Origin: Carcharhinus longimanus
Taxonomy: Eukaryota
DNA length: 64,000 nucleotides
NCBI GenBank assembly: GCA_030264375.1
Contig: JASCQW010000109.1
Span: forward strand, 26,703,980-26,767,979
Reading direction: 5' to 3'
Shown piece by piece: positions 49,943 to 61,130 of this stretch (within the stretch, counting starts at the first letter, position 1; each line of letters starts with the position of its first letter). The notes below the pieces were generated by a model. It did no database searches, was not told where the DNA came from, and worked only from the letters and a program-made list of their open reading frames with translations. Both the position numbers and the translations under genes were made by a program.

Positions 49943-51450
49943 AAGAGCAGATTTGCCTCTCTACTCTGAGGAAAATCCCTCGCCCACTCTTGGATAAAGC
50001 TAAGGGTGAAATTGTAAAGAATCAGCAGCAAGGGGTTAACTCACTGATCATCATGCCAGCAAAATGGTGTTCATGGGTAGTTACAGTCCCAAAGCCAAAT
50101 GGCTCCATAGGAATCTCCATGGATTTAACTCAACTAAACAAGTAAGTGGAATGTGAAATCCAGTAGCCTCAGTGGATCAGAGCTTTGCCAAAGTAGCCAA
50201 GAGCACTTTATTTAACAAATTAGATGCAAAGAGTAGATTTTGGCTGTTGCTCCTGGACAAAGAATCCAGATTGCTGACCATATTTATAATGCCAATTTTT
50301 CTTGTATTGTTTCAATAGATTGCCCTTTGGATTAGCATCCAATCCAGAAATTTCTCAGGGGAAGGCCTAGAATGTACAGAAGAAGTCAAATGCCATATGG
50401 ATAACACATTTATAGATAGCTCCATGACAGAAGAGCATGATCATAGAATCAGAGCAGTCCTGAGAATCTTACAGGATGCAGGCCAAACCTATGATCAAAT
50501 TTCAAGTTCACAAAGTACAAGTCATTGGAATAACAGTTAATCCACAAAAGACAGAAAGTAGTCAGAGAATTTTCACAACCCAGGAACATAACTGAGCTCA
50601 ACATAACTGCTTCAAAAATTCCTCAGAATGGCCAAACAAGTAAGCAAGCTCCTACAAAATTTAGCAGTGGTTCATGAGCCTCAAATTATGACTCAGAATT
50701 ACTGACTCAGAATTACTAACCACGCTAGCAGCTGAAGCAACATCTACAGGTCTGTGGGTAGTTTTATTTCAAGTTCAAAGAAATGACAAGTGCAGACCAG
50801 TCTATGATGCCTCCAGATCACTATCAGAAACAGAACATCAATACAACACATTAGAAAATTAAGCATGCACAGCAATGTGGGTCTCTGAAAAATTTTCAGA
50901 CTGTGTTATAGGATTGCCTTTCAAAATTGAAACGGATCAGAAACCATCTACCACCTTTGTGATCATGAAAGAAATTGTGAAGTTGCCACCCAAAATCCAA
51001 TGGTTCAAATTAAGATTAAAGAGATACATCTCTATCACAGAGTCTGTGCAAGGAAAGTATCCATCAGTGGCAGACACACTGGATGGGATTTACCGGCTGC
51101 ATTCACCCCAAGACCGGAAAGTCCTGCTCGAGTCAATGGATCTTTGCATGGTATCCCACCCGCTACAATTCTTGTGATGGGTGGGATAGGAAAATTCTGC
51201 CTGTTGTCATGATGACCATCAGAAAGAATCAAACAAGACGATTAAAACATTGATAAGGAGTCTGAAGAATATATATCCTTTATCACTCAGTGCTTACCAT
51301 CTAGTGTGAAAAAGTTGCAAGAAATAAAAACAAGGGTCATGGGTGGAGAGGGGGACTGGTGGTGTTGAGATGGCAGCGCGGGCTCGTTGGGCTGAAGGGC
51401 CTGTTTCCCGGGCTATTTTTGTTCTTTGTTCAATAAAATAAAGAATGCCT

Positions 51451-52344
51451 TGTCAAGAGAATCTGCCAGGGAAAATCCTAAAAAATTGTGACATTTTCTG
51501 TTGGTAATATTCTGATCATATTCTTTATATGGGTGGAGAGTGTGAATGGTAATTAAAACAAGGGGCAGAGTGGTTGGATGAATGTAAACAGTGAGTTTTG
51601 ATGTGTCAATCAGCCCAGCAGGACTTCAAACAGATGTTTACCTGAAGAAATGTAGTAGGAATAGGTACAGAACAAAAAGAGATTTGAATGGGAGTTGTGA
51701 TTCAAAGATAAGATATGCAAAGTGTGAAAGAAAAATATTTTTAAATTTTAAAAGTTAAAGCAAAGAGATGAAGTTAAATTGTGGGAAGGATTAATTCTAA
51801 ATAAAATGGGTGAGACAATGGAGAGGTCAGAGGGAAAGAATGTATTTAAGGTGATACCGAAACCAATGAAGGAAGCTGTTTTAGTTCTCAGCCAACAGCA
51901 AGTAGTGTGAACGAAACGAGATTTGGAAGGTCAACTGCTGATTAACATTGGAAGTAGCCCCACCAGAGGTAAAGGTATTGTGCAGTAAAAGTTATTGGAT
52001 GTTTATTGATCTTAAAAACTATCAGGTATTGCTGAACGGGTTCAGGAAGGTTAGCTCTAAAGGTAGTTAAATTAAAAGTGTTTGGAACTGTTTAAAGTAT
52101 TGGTACTGTGTAAAGCCCCTACCTTATTTTAATTGTAATTCTATTTCATTTTATTGTTTCCTATTTCTTAATAAACATTTACTTTTCTATAAAACCATCA
52201 CAAGTAGTCTGGGAAATTATTTCTGGATTTCACAACATCTCTTCATACTATACAAATTGTAAACACAATTGTTGGGCAGCTGTTTCAAGTTTTCCTTCTG
52301 GGATTTGAACAGAACAGCCTTTACCATCAGCTGTGCTTTTAACA
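51451..52344 (+). mobile_element. Solo LTR (~890 bp) nested in Gypsy pol
   Basis: TGTCA...TTAACA ends, AATAAA (52170), flanks GCCT / GTCT (4-bp TSD with one mismatch). Pol reads NKECL | QFRKYCLD across it. Confidence 0.75.
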
Positions 52345-54929
52345 GTCTCCAATTCCGAAAATATTGTCTGGATAGATGACCAGACTATATACTCATTAGT
52401 CTAAAACTATAGCAGCACTTTGAACAGCTCAAGGACCTCACCATCATTGACCATTTATTAGTCTTCAATGAGAGACTGAAGCATAAACTATGCTGATTCC
52501 AAAATTATGTCAGATGATGTGACTGAGAAGCGAGATCTGGAAGAAGGAGAAACTCCAAACTCATTTAGTGGTCCACATGTGTTAATAGTTGTTGTAAATA
52601 AAGAGTATTGATCTTGAAAACCCACAGAGTTAAATCCCCAATAGCCTTACTGAAAACACTACATCTTGATATGCTTCAAAAATTTCAACAAGGCCATTTA
52701 GAAATAGTAAAATGTTGTGCAAGACCATAATAATCACTCTGGGGGACAGGCACGACTCACCCGATTTCTTACTGTAAACAGCCAAGAACAAAAACAGCCA
52801 CGTTTACTTTCTACTTTTCCAACAAGACTGTTCGAGTGTGTGGGAAAGGCCTTTCTTGAATTTAGGGGGCAAATGTATCTCCTTTATTGTCATTGATTAC
52901 TATTTAGTGTGGATTGAATTAAGCAAATTGCATATTATCACAGCAGAAGCCCAGATCCAACCCCTCAAGAAAATTAATGCAATATGTGGCATCCCAGTTT
53001 GCCAGCATTTGCTAATGAGCTATTCCACAATTTTGGAATATGGCTTTGTTCATATAACCAGTTCACCTTGCTGTCCTCAAACAAATAGAAAAACTAAGAA
53101 AGGGGAATAAACCATTAAAGATTTATTGCAGAAAAAAAATGACCTTAATCTAGCTCTTCTGAGTTATCAAAACTCACCACTATAAAATGATTTCTCATCA
53201 TCAGAGTCACACATGGGTAGGAGATTAAGAACACAGCTTCTATCTCTGGCACAGAAACAATAACCCATCACAAATTACCACAAGAGAATACAACAGTGTG
53301 AGGAAGAATAGAGAAGCAATTTAATCACATGCATAAAGTACATGGATTACTAGTGCTGAAGCTTAGGGAGAGAGTGTGGGTCCAAGACCAACAGAAGGCA
53401 GACACAAGTACTGAAACATTCTTCAACCAATATTGTACAGTATTGAGGCAGGCCAGGGTCTCATTAAGGAGAATCTGTACAACCTTATTATCCTTGAGTG
53501 AAGAAAATTGGACTTACCACTCAGGTCATGTTGGTAAGAAAGAAAGACTTACTATAAGCTCTACAGACACCCAGGAAAGGAACACCCACATCAATGGAAG
53601 GGGGAATGTGGAATATTCTCAACCTCAAAAGGAGATCAGAACCAGATTAGGGAGATTGGTTAGAGCACCCCAGAGAATAACCCTGTGAATTCTGAGACTT
53701 TGGGAGTGGTGGGAAGGGGGGGGGGGGGGGGTGGGTGGCGATGTAAGAGGATATAAGTATGATATGGATAAAGGCTTGAGAAGAAATTAAGAATAAACAG
53801 TTAATATCTGAAGCATGAACTATGCTGATTCCAAAATTATGTCAGATGATGTGACTGAGAAGCAAGATCTGGAAGGAGGAGAAGCTCCAAACTCATTTAG
53901 TGGTCCACATGTGTTAATAGTTGTTGTAAATAAAGAGTATTGGTCTTGAAAACCCACAGAGTTAAATCCCCCAAACCCTTGCCTAAAGCCTGACCACAAA
54001 ATGAAGCAGATCCCTAATCTGCTTCATATTTACACATTCTGAAACCACCCATTGACTAATTTTGACAGCAAATTTCCTTCCATTGTATCAAATCATGCAT
54101 TTCTCATGTACTACTCATTTGACCATTTGCAAGTTTTAGCTAACCTTTATTATAGGTCTCTTGCTGTTCTTTTTTCCTGACTCTATTATCGCACCAACTG
54201 TGAAACTAGCCAATTTACTTCAGGTTTTTGAAACAAAATAGTTAATGGTGATTAAGAACAGAATGGGCCTCAGTGCTAATCACTGGGAGAGTGAATTTGG
54301 TACTTTTCCTCAACCTAACATCACGCCCCTAACAAGAATCCATTTTCCACAACTTGGTTGACACAACTTGTAGTTCAATAGAGGCTTTTACAATTAATTT
54401 TATCGAAGAATTTTGTGTGATTTCCCTGTTGAAATGGGATATTGCTTTTCAAGAATGTCAAGGCAATTGGTTAGACATGATTTTCCCCTTCTGAAACCTT
54501 AGTGGCTGAACTTTACTGTGTTTTGTTTAATGCTGGTCCAAAGGTTTGTTCCTGATGATCAATTTGTTTATTTTATCAAATGTCATTGAATGATAGACTT
54601 TTAATTGTCTGGGATATGTTGCTTTTCATGAATACAAGTGCTATGTTCAGTTTTTACAATCTACTTCAAATGCCAGCATTTCTTTAATTATCAGTGATAG
54701 GTTCCAAAGTTGATATTTTTTCCCCTTTAGTATCAGGTTTTAAAATGTTGGCCTTCTTGTGAGCAAACATGTGAGGGGAGCCCACACACATAACTTGAAC
54801 ATTCCAAACCTGGAGCACAACTGAATCTGTTCTATTCACTATCGATACGCTAAACATTGATAACTGAATAGGATTAGTTTAGCAGTGGGTTCAGTCAGAC
54901 AATTAAAGGTGATCTTCTAATGTTTTAAA

Positions 54930-55228
54930 ATTTATTTATCAGCGTCACAAGTAGGCTTATATTAACACTGAAATGAAGTTACTGTAAAAACCCCTTAGTC
55001 ACCACATTCCGGCACCTCTTTGGGTACACTAAGGGAGAATTTAGCATGGTCAATGCACCTAACCAGCATGTCTTTCGGACTGTGGGAGGAAACCAGAGCG
55101 TCCCGAGGAATCCCACACTCACAGGGGAGAAGGTGCAAACTCCACACAGACAGTGACCCAAGCCGGGAATCGAACCCTGGTCCCAGGCTCTGTGAGGCAG
55201 TAGTGCTAACCACTGTGCCACCATGCTG
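54930..55228 (-). mobile_element. Full-length HE1 tail-B SINE
   Basis: HE1 head (GTGAGGCAGTAGTGCTAACCACTGTGCCACC, GGGAATCGAACCC) joined to GTCACAAGTAGGCTTA..ATGAAGTTACTG tail. Confidence 0.92.
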
Positions 55229-56809
55229 CCTCAGTGATAATGTCCTGTTAGCAGCAAGAATTTGGTGCTGCCAGCAACCAACAATGTAAAGCAAATTAAC
55301 TCTGCAACTTCGACAGTGTCTTGAGAACCAACATTTTCTAGGAGGCCAGCAGATGTGTGGTTCCTTTTTCTGACCCTCCAAGAGGTTCTCAAGTGGTTGC
55401 CACCAAGCTAATTAAGTAAAATAGGGAACATATTTCTCAAAATTATGCCAATAAAATCTGTTGCTTTGTTTTATAAGTCTCGTGAGGAACAAAGTAGAAT
55501 TTCTGCAATGGAAGCGAATTACATTATGAGTCATACACATGCTATATTATTATGTGGTTGAAGGTTCTGTACATTTCTTTCATTTTCACTGATACCGATC
55601 AGTTTAGAACTTCACCAAAACCTTGGTTTGTTTTTAAGAACCATGGTATAGGCCTTAACTGGGAACGGTGGTAACTACTGGTGTTAACTGAGGGGCTGTC
55701 TATTGGTGACTTGTATAAATATCAATTAACAATTCATGTGCCTTGATTATTGAGTGTAGATAGTAAGCAATCAGTGTAAAAGATTGAAATACAAATCAAA
55801 AATACACTGGCTCATCTGCAGAATCTGCACAGTCTCATTAACCAGATGGCTGAATACACAACTTCTGCACTGCCTATGTACCTTGTTTCATCGTTTATAC
55901 AACAACTTGAGCAATAGCATTTTCATCATCTGTAAAGAGACTAATACATGTCAGCTGTTTGAAATTGTCTATATCTTACAGGCATCGCTTTCNNNNNNNN
56001 NNNNNNNNNNNNNNNNNNNNNNNNNNNNNNNNNNNNNNNNNNNNNNNNNNNNNNNNNNNNNNNNNNNNNNNNNNNNNNNNNNNNNNNNNNNNNNNNNNNN
56101 NNNNNNNNNNNNNNNNNNNNNNNNNNNNNNNNNNNNNNNNNNNNNNNNNNNNNNNNNNNNNNNNNNNNNNNNNNNNNNNNNNNNNNNNNNNNNNNNNNNN
56201 NNNNNNNNNNNNNNNNNNNNNNNNNNNNNNNNNNNNNNNNNNNNNNNNNNNNNNNNNNNNNNNNNNNNNNNNNNNNNNNNNNNNNNNNNNNNNNNNNNNN
56301 NNNNNNNNNNNNNNNNNNNNNNNNNNNNNNNNNNNNNNNNNNNNNNNNNNNNNNNNNNNNNNNNNNNNNNNNNNNNNNNNNNAAGTAAGGAATTGGAACT
56401 TACACTGACAAAATGCAAGTCAATCCTCTACTGATGCTGATTTCTCTGGAGGTGCACAGGATTTTACCACTATCATCATTCAATCATCCTTCCTGTTGCT
56501 GCTTCAGCAGCTTAATACTTTGTGTTTTGGAAGCTTGTTTTAAAAAAAGCACTTGACTTTGTAGCTGACAAGTAGAAGAAAGTGTTCAATTGACGCCTGC
56601 TTACAGGTTAGGGGTTATCCTCACTTGAAAATGAATATGCAAATACCCTCTGAACATTCTGACGGCCGTTTGAAGATTCAAAATTAGTGAGTAAAGAAGC
56701 AATTAAAAAGACTGGAATTATGACCACTACTTGTTACCCCATCAACTTTTGCAGAAATGCTGAGCTATTTCTGGTTAGTCTGTAATATGCCACGCTGCGT
56801 AGTATGGCA

Positions 56810-57370
56810 CATAGAATACAAGAACAAGGAGGTTATGCTGAACATATACTAAGACACTAATTAGTCCTCAGCTGGAGTATTGCATACAGGTCACTACAAG
56901 ATGGATGTGAACTCACTGGAGAGAGTGCAGAAAAGGTTTACAAGAATTGCTCCAGGGATGAGAAACTTTAGTTATGATGATAGATTGGTGAGGTTGGGAT
57001 ACTTTTCCTTGGAGAGAAGAAGGCTGAGAGGGGATTTGATAGAGATGTTCAAAATTATCAGGGGGCTGGACAGAATAGATAAAGAGAAACCGTTCCACCT
57101 TGTTAAGGGTTCAAGAATGAGAGGGCATAGATTTAAAGTGATTTGCAGCACAGAAGAAGCAAATATAATGTAAGGAAAAAAGCTCTTCACACAATGAGTG
57201 GTTCAGGTCTGCCTGGAAGTGTGGTGGGGACAGGTTCAACTGAGGCATTAGATGATTACTTAAGGGTATGGGGACAAAGCAGGAAAATAGCACTAAATCA
57301 TGATGCTCATTTGGATAGCCAATGCAGACATGATGGGCCAAATGGCCTCTTTCTGTGACGTAACAATTCA
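56810..57370 (+). mobile_element. CR1 ORF2 C-terminus and 3' tail
   Basis: ORF 56880-57173 'LERVQKRFTRIAPGMRNFSYDDRLVRLGYFSLERRRLRGDLIEMFKII' is the canonical CR1 C-terminus. Confidence 0.95.
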
Positions 57371-58639
57371 GTGACTCTTTGATGTGCACAGGTGATGAGA
57401 TTTAGAGTTCATAGAGAACAAAGCTGATTTTTTTGTAAAGTAGTTCTATTGAGACAAGTATTGAATTCACCAGCCTCTTTGAAAATTATTGATGTATTTT
57501 CAACATTTTGATACTGAAATTTGAAAAATGTATGTCCCTATCCTTTGTCAGTCAAGGATGGGCAGCACTGTACACATCTGGGCCATTTGTTCTTTTCTCC
57601 GGTCGCATTAAGAGTTCAGTCTTTTGCTATTTTACACTGGAGAGAGTTAAACAACATAATTAATTATTACTTGATCCAGATTTACGTCATTTTAGCAAAT
57701 TGACACCTGTAATAGCTACCAGCCTTTGTTAAATATCCATATTATTCTTGAATTGCCGAGAACAGCTGCAATTGTTATTATTCCCAGGAAGCAGATACGT
57801 TGAAAATAAATGTCCACCAGGTGCTAATAGCTTGAAGATGTGAACGAATTTGAGTTTGAAAAAAAGAATTGTGTTCCACTTTTCTCTTGTCTATACTCAC
57901 CAACTATAGTCCCCTGCATGGTAAAGGGTTAATTAACATGTAGAACCCATTTGTGCTTCCTAGCAGTACTTTGATTACTGCATAAGTGTGGAATGATCTG
58001 TTAAAAATCAACTGCATATGGAAATGATTAGTTTTAATTTTATATAATTATTGTTATATTGCATATAATTGGGTTTGCTAATTTTTTGACATCAAATTTA
58101 ACGTTTTGATTGATAGTAGCCATTAATGTGTTTAATTAATAACAGTTTTAAACAATTACTAAAATGCTGAGGTTTCCATTTTAACTTACAAAAATGTTTA
58201 CCTAAAGGGAACTCAAATTTGCTGATCAGATTATATGATGCTTTTTTAAAGTTTGTCGGATGTCAGTGTTTTAAACTGTGTTTGATTACCTGATTAGCAG
58301 AAAGAACTCCTGAATGGAGCATTTATCCACATGAACAATATTTTGAATGCAGTTCACCAATGGTGTTCAATGTCTTTAATTTTCTCCATCATTACCCTAG
58401 TCAGTCTTTGAAGTTAACAAATGTAAGGTCACATACAATTTCCAAACTCACACTCAGCACAGGACATGAAACTACCTGTTGATCATGTGTGCTTTCAGTG
58501 TTAAGGTTTTGAGCCTTCTTACTGACTGAACTAAATGGTTCAGACGGATTTTATACCGTGGTTTTCTCCATGATATTTTCAAACAGTAGAGTTCTTTCAT
58601 CACCCCTCAATCTGCAACTTCATCAATCTGAATTGGTGT

Positions 58640-58965
58640 CACAAATTGGCTGATCGTTGGTTGAGTTTTACAGATGGAGCAATACATTGAATTCTCTATG
58701 AAATGTGCATTTGGATTGTCAGACAAGAAGTTCGACCATGTACACTGGTGCAATGCATAGCTCAGGATACAACTAGGCCGAATTTTGAACCCCAGTTGAA
58801 TTCCATTTTGGTCATCACATACATGGAGAATGTGCAGAGAGAAACAACAAAAATTATCCCTGCCTTAAAGGGGATGGATCATGCGGAAAGTTGTGAGAAA
58901 CAATCTTCACTGTTGAGAAAACCTTTACAAGGTGCAGACTTTGTTGGGGTACTCAAAACATTCAA
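58640..58965 (+). mobile_element. Old CR1 fragment
   Basis: 'MENVQRETTKIIPALKGM', a degenerate LERVQRRATK motif. Confidence 0.55.
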
Positions 58966-59156
58966 AACCGATGTCCTCCAGGATTTACAATCATGTATTT
59001 GTACCCCTGAGATTGCAGGCTTTCTCTCTGTCTTCTATTCCACCCTCCACCCCAAATTGACCTAACTTGTTACAGGTAGGCCAGGTAATTTGGGTGACAT
59101 GTCAGCCTTGTTGCGCCAGCTGAAATACAGCAAACATGTCTCGAGATGTTCAATCT

Positions 59157-59290
59157 AAAAGCAAAATACTGCGGATGCTGGAATCTCAAACAACAGTAGA
59201 AAATGCTGGAGAATCTCAACAGGTCTGACAGCATCTGTGGAGAGAGAATAGAGTCAACGTTTCGAGCCTGGATGACCCTTTGTCAGAGCT
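59157..59290 (-). mobile_element. Penelope-derived short element with a degenerate hammerhead core
   Basis: Minus strand: AGCT CTGACAA A GGGTC ATCCA GGCTC GAAAC GTT GACT..TCTCTCCACAGATGCTG..TCCAGCATCCGCAGTATTTTGCTTTT. Confidence 0.8.
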
Positions 59291-59659
59291 GAAGACAAGG
59301 AAAATTGGGTTGCTGGTTTGGAGCAGGCAGCTCGCCAGCTCTGGTTAAGTGAAGTGTTTTATTTCCAATGGAAAAGTCAGTTGTTCCTGGTTACTTTTGT
59401 GGCCTTCACAAGCCGATCCCTCACTCACAGCAGAAACTGGGGCTGACAGATTTACAAATACCTCCCTCAGCAATTAGTCACCAATTGACCTCAGAATATA
59501 CTTGAGAGGGATGTTAATGGAACAGGCAGGATTGGGTGCAGCTAAACTATATTTAATAGAATAATACCTATTTTGTTACATGCTTCATCATGGAGTGGGG
59601 ATGAAAGTGAGCTTGGCATTGACCAGTTGAGTGCTTGGATGACAGGATCAGAGGTATGG

Positions 59660-60345
59660 GTGCTAAAACTGAGAGCAGGAGGACTTTCTTCAGCCACAGG
59701 GTGGTGAATCTGTGGAATTCTTTGCCACAGAGAGCTATGGAGGCCAGGTCATTGAGTGTCTTTAAGACAGAGAAAGATAGGTTATTGATCAATAAGGGGA
59801 TTGAGAGTTATGGGGAAAAGGCAGGAGAATGGGGATAAAGATCATATCAGCCATGATTAAATGGTGGAGCAGACTCAGTGGGCTGAATGGCCTAAATCTG
59901 CTCCTATATCTTGTGGTCTTATGGTCTAAATTTGCTGAGGACACAAAGATAGGTTGGAAATTAAATTGCAAAGTATCTGCGAAGGGAGATTGATAGTTTA
60001 AGTGAGTGGCCAAAAAATGTAGTTTATGATGCATATTGTGAGAAAATGTGACTTATCCACTTCGGCAAGAAAAATAAAAATGCAGCATATTATTTAAATG
60101 GAGAGAAATTGCAGAACTCTTGAGATAAAGGGATCTGGGTGTCCTAGTAAATGAATCACAAAAGGTTAGTATGCAGCTACAGCAAATGATTAGGAAGGCA
60201 AATATGGAAAGTTGTCGCTTATTACAAGGGGACTGGAATATAAATGTAGATATGTTTTGCTACAGTTCTATATGGCTTTGGTAAGGCCACATCTAGAATA
60301 CTGTGTACAGTTTTGGTCTTCTTATTTAAGAATGGACATAATTGC
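59660..60345 (+). mobile_element. Two adjacent CR1 pieces: a 3' end (59660-59922) and an RT piece (59923-60345)
   Basis: 'RRTFFSHRVVNLWNSLPQRAMEARSLSVFKTE'; 'SKFAEDTKIG' (FADD motif); 'YMALVRPHLEYCVQFW'. Confidence 0.9.
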
Positions 60346-60790
60346 AATGTCGAGGGGAGATGGTTAGATATTCTCTCCTGTTGTAGAAGGTCATTGCCTG
60401 ATTTCTGTGCGTAACTTACCACTTGTCAACCCAAGCTTGGATATTATCCAGGTCTTGTTGCATTTGGACATGGACTGTTTCAATGTCTGAGGAGCTGTTA
60501 ATGGTGCTGAACTTTTTGTACTCATCAACGAAAATCCCCACTTCTCTCTTATGATGGAAGGAAAGTCATTGCAGCTGAAGATGGTTGCCCCTAGGACACT
60601 AGCCTGAGGAACTCCTGCACTGATGTCCTGGAGTTCCAACCAGCACAACCATATTATTTTGTGCCGAGTATGACACCAAACAATGAAACATTTTCCTCCG
60701 ATTCCATTGACTCCAGTTTTGCTAAGGCTCCATGATGCCATATTCAGTCAAATGCTGACTTGATGTCAAAGGCATTCACTTTCACGTCAC
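60345..60790 (-). mobile_element. CR1-clade LINE RT fragment
   Basis: Minus strand 'QDISAGVPQASVLGATIFSC' and 'NAFDIKSAFD*IWHHG'. Confidence 0.85.
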
Positions 60791-60799
60791 CCACGTTGA

Positions 60800-61130
60800 A
60801 ATGGCATGACTGGGTCCTGCTTCAGACAGACTGAAGATATTCTGCAAAGTAGTTACCGAGTTTGCGTTTGGTTTCTCTGAATTAGCATAGACCGCATTGG
60901 GAGCAGTGACTGCAAGAGACCAGATGGAAGGAAGTGCATGTGAAGTACTGCTTCACTTGAGAAGAGTGTTTGGGCCCATGAAGGGAACTGTCCGGGATAC
61001 CCTGGTCCACTCCTCCATTATGTCCTCTGTCTCACCCCCACCCACAACACCTTCCCAATCACAGAAGTGCAACACCTGTCCCTTTATCTCCTCCCTGCTC
61101 ACCAGCGCAGGACCCAGCACTATTTTCAGG
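60800..61130. mobile_element. Rearranged Penelope-like fragments
   Basis: TCCGGGATACCCTGGTCCACTCCTCC and 'KCNTCPF' (CxxC before GIY-YIG) on +, with an inverted piece at 60800-60985. Confidence 0.6.

Larger units (their letters stand above)
48503..53975 (+). mobile_element. Decayed Gypsy/Ty3 LTR retrotransposon: 5' LTR remnant 48503-48738, PBS 48739, pol ~49500-53690, PPT ~53700-53740, 3' LTR 53742-53975
   Basis: PBS TGGTGGCAGCG (tRNA-Leu type). RT: WCSWVVTVPKPNGSIGISMDLTQLNK, LDAKSRFW, YCFNRLPFG, CHMDN. RNase H: ASRSLSETE..FKIETDQKP. Integrase: GHLEIVKC, VIDYY, HITSSP. Both LTRs share GATCTGGAAGGAGGAGAAGCTCCAA. Confidence 0.92.
48050..54760 (-). mobile_element. Very old CR1 (antisense) split by the Gypsy element; pieces ~48050-48500 and ~54000-54760
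   Basis: Antisense RT motifs GGGCCTCAGTGCTAATCACTGGG (reverse of PQGSVLGP-like) and TTGGTTAGACATGATTTTCCCCTTCTGAAACC (reverse of GFRRGKSCLTN). Confidence 0.6.
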
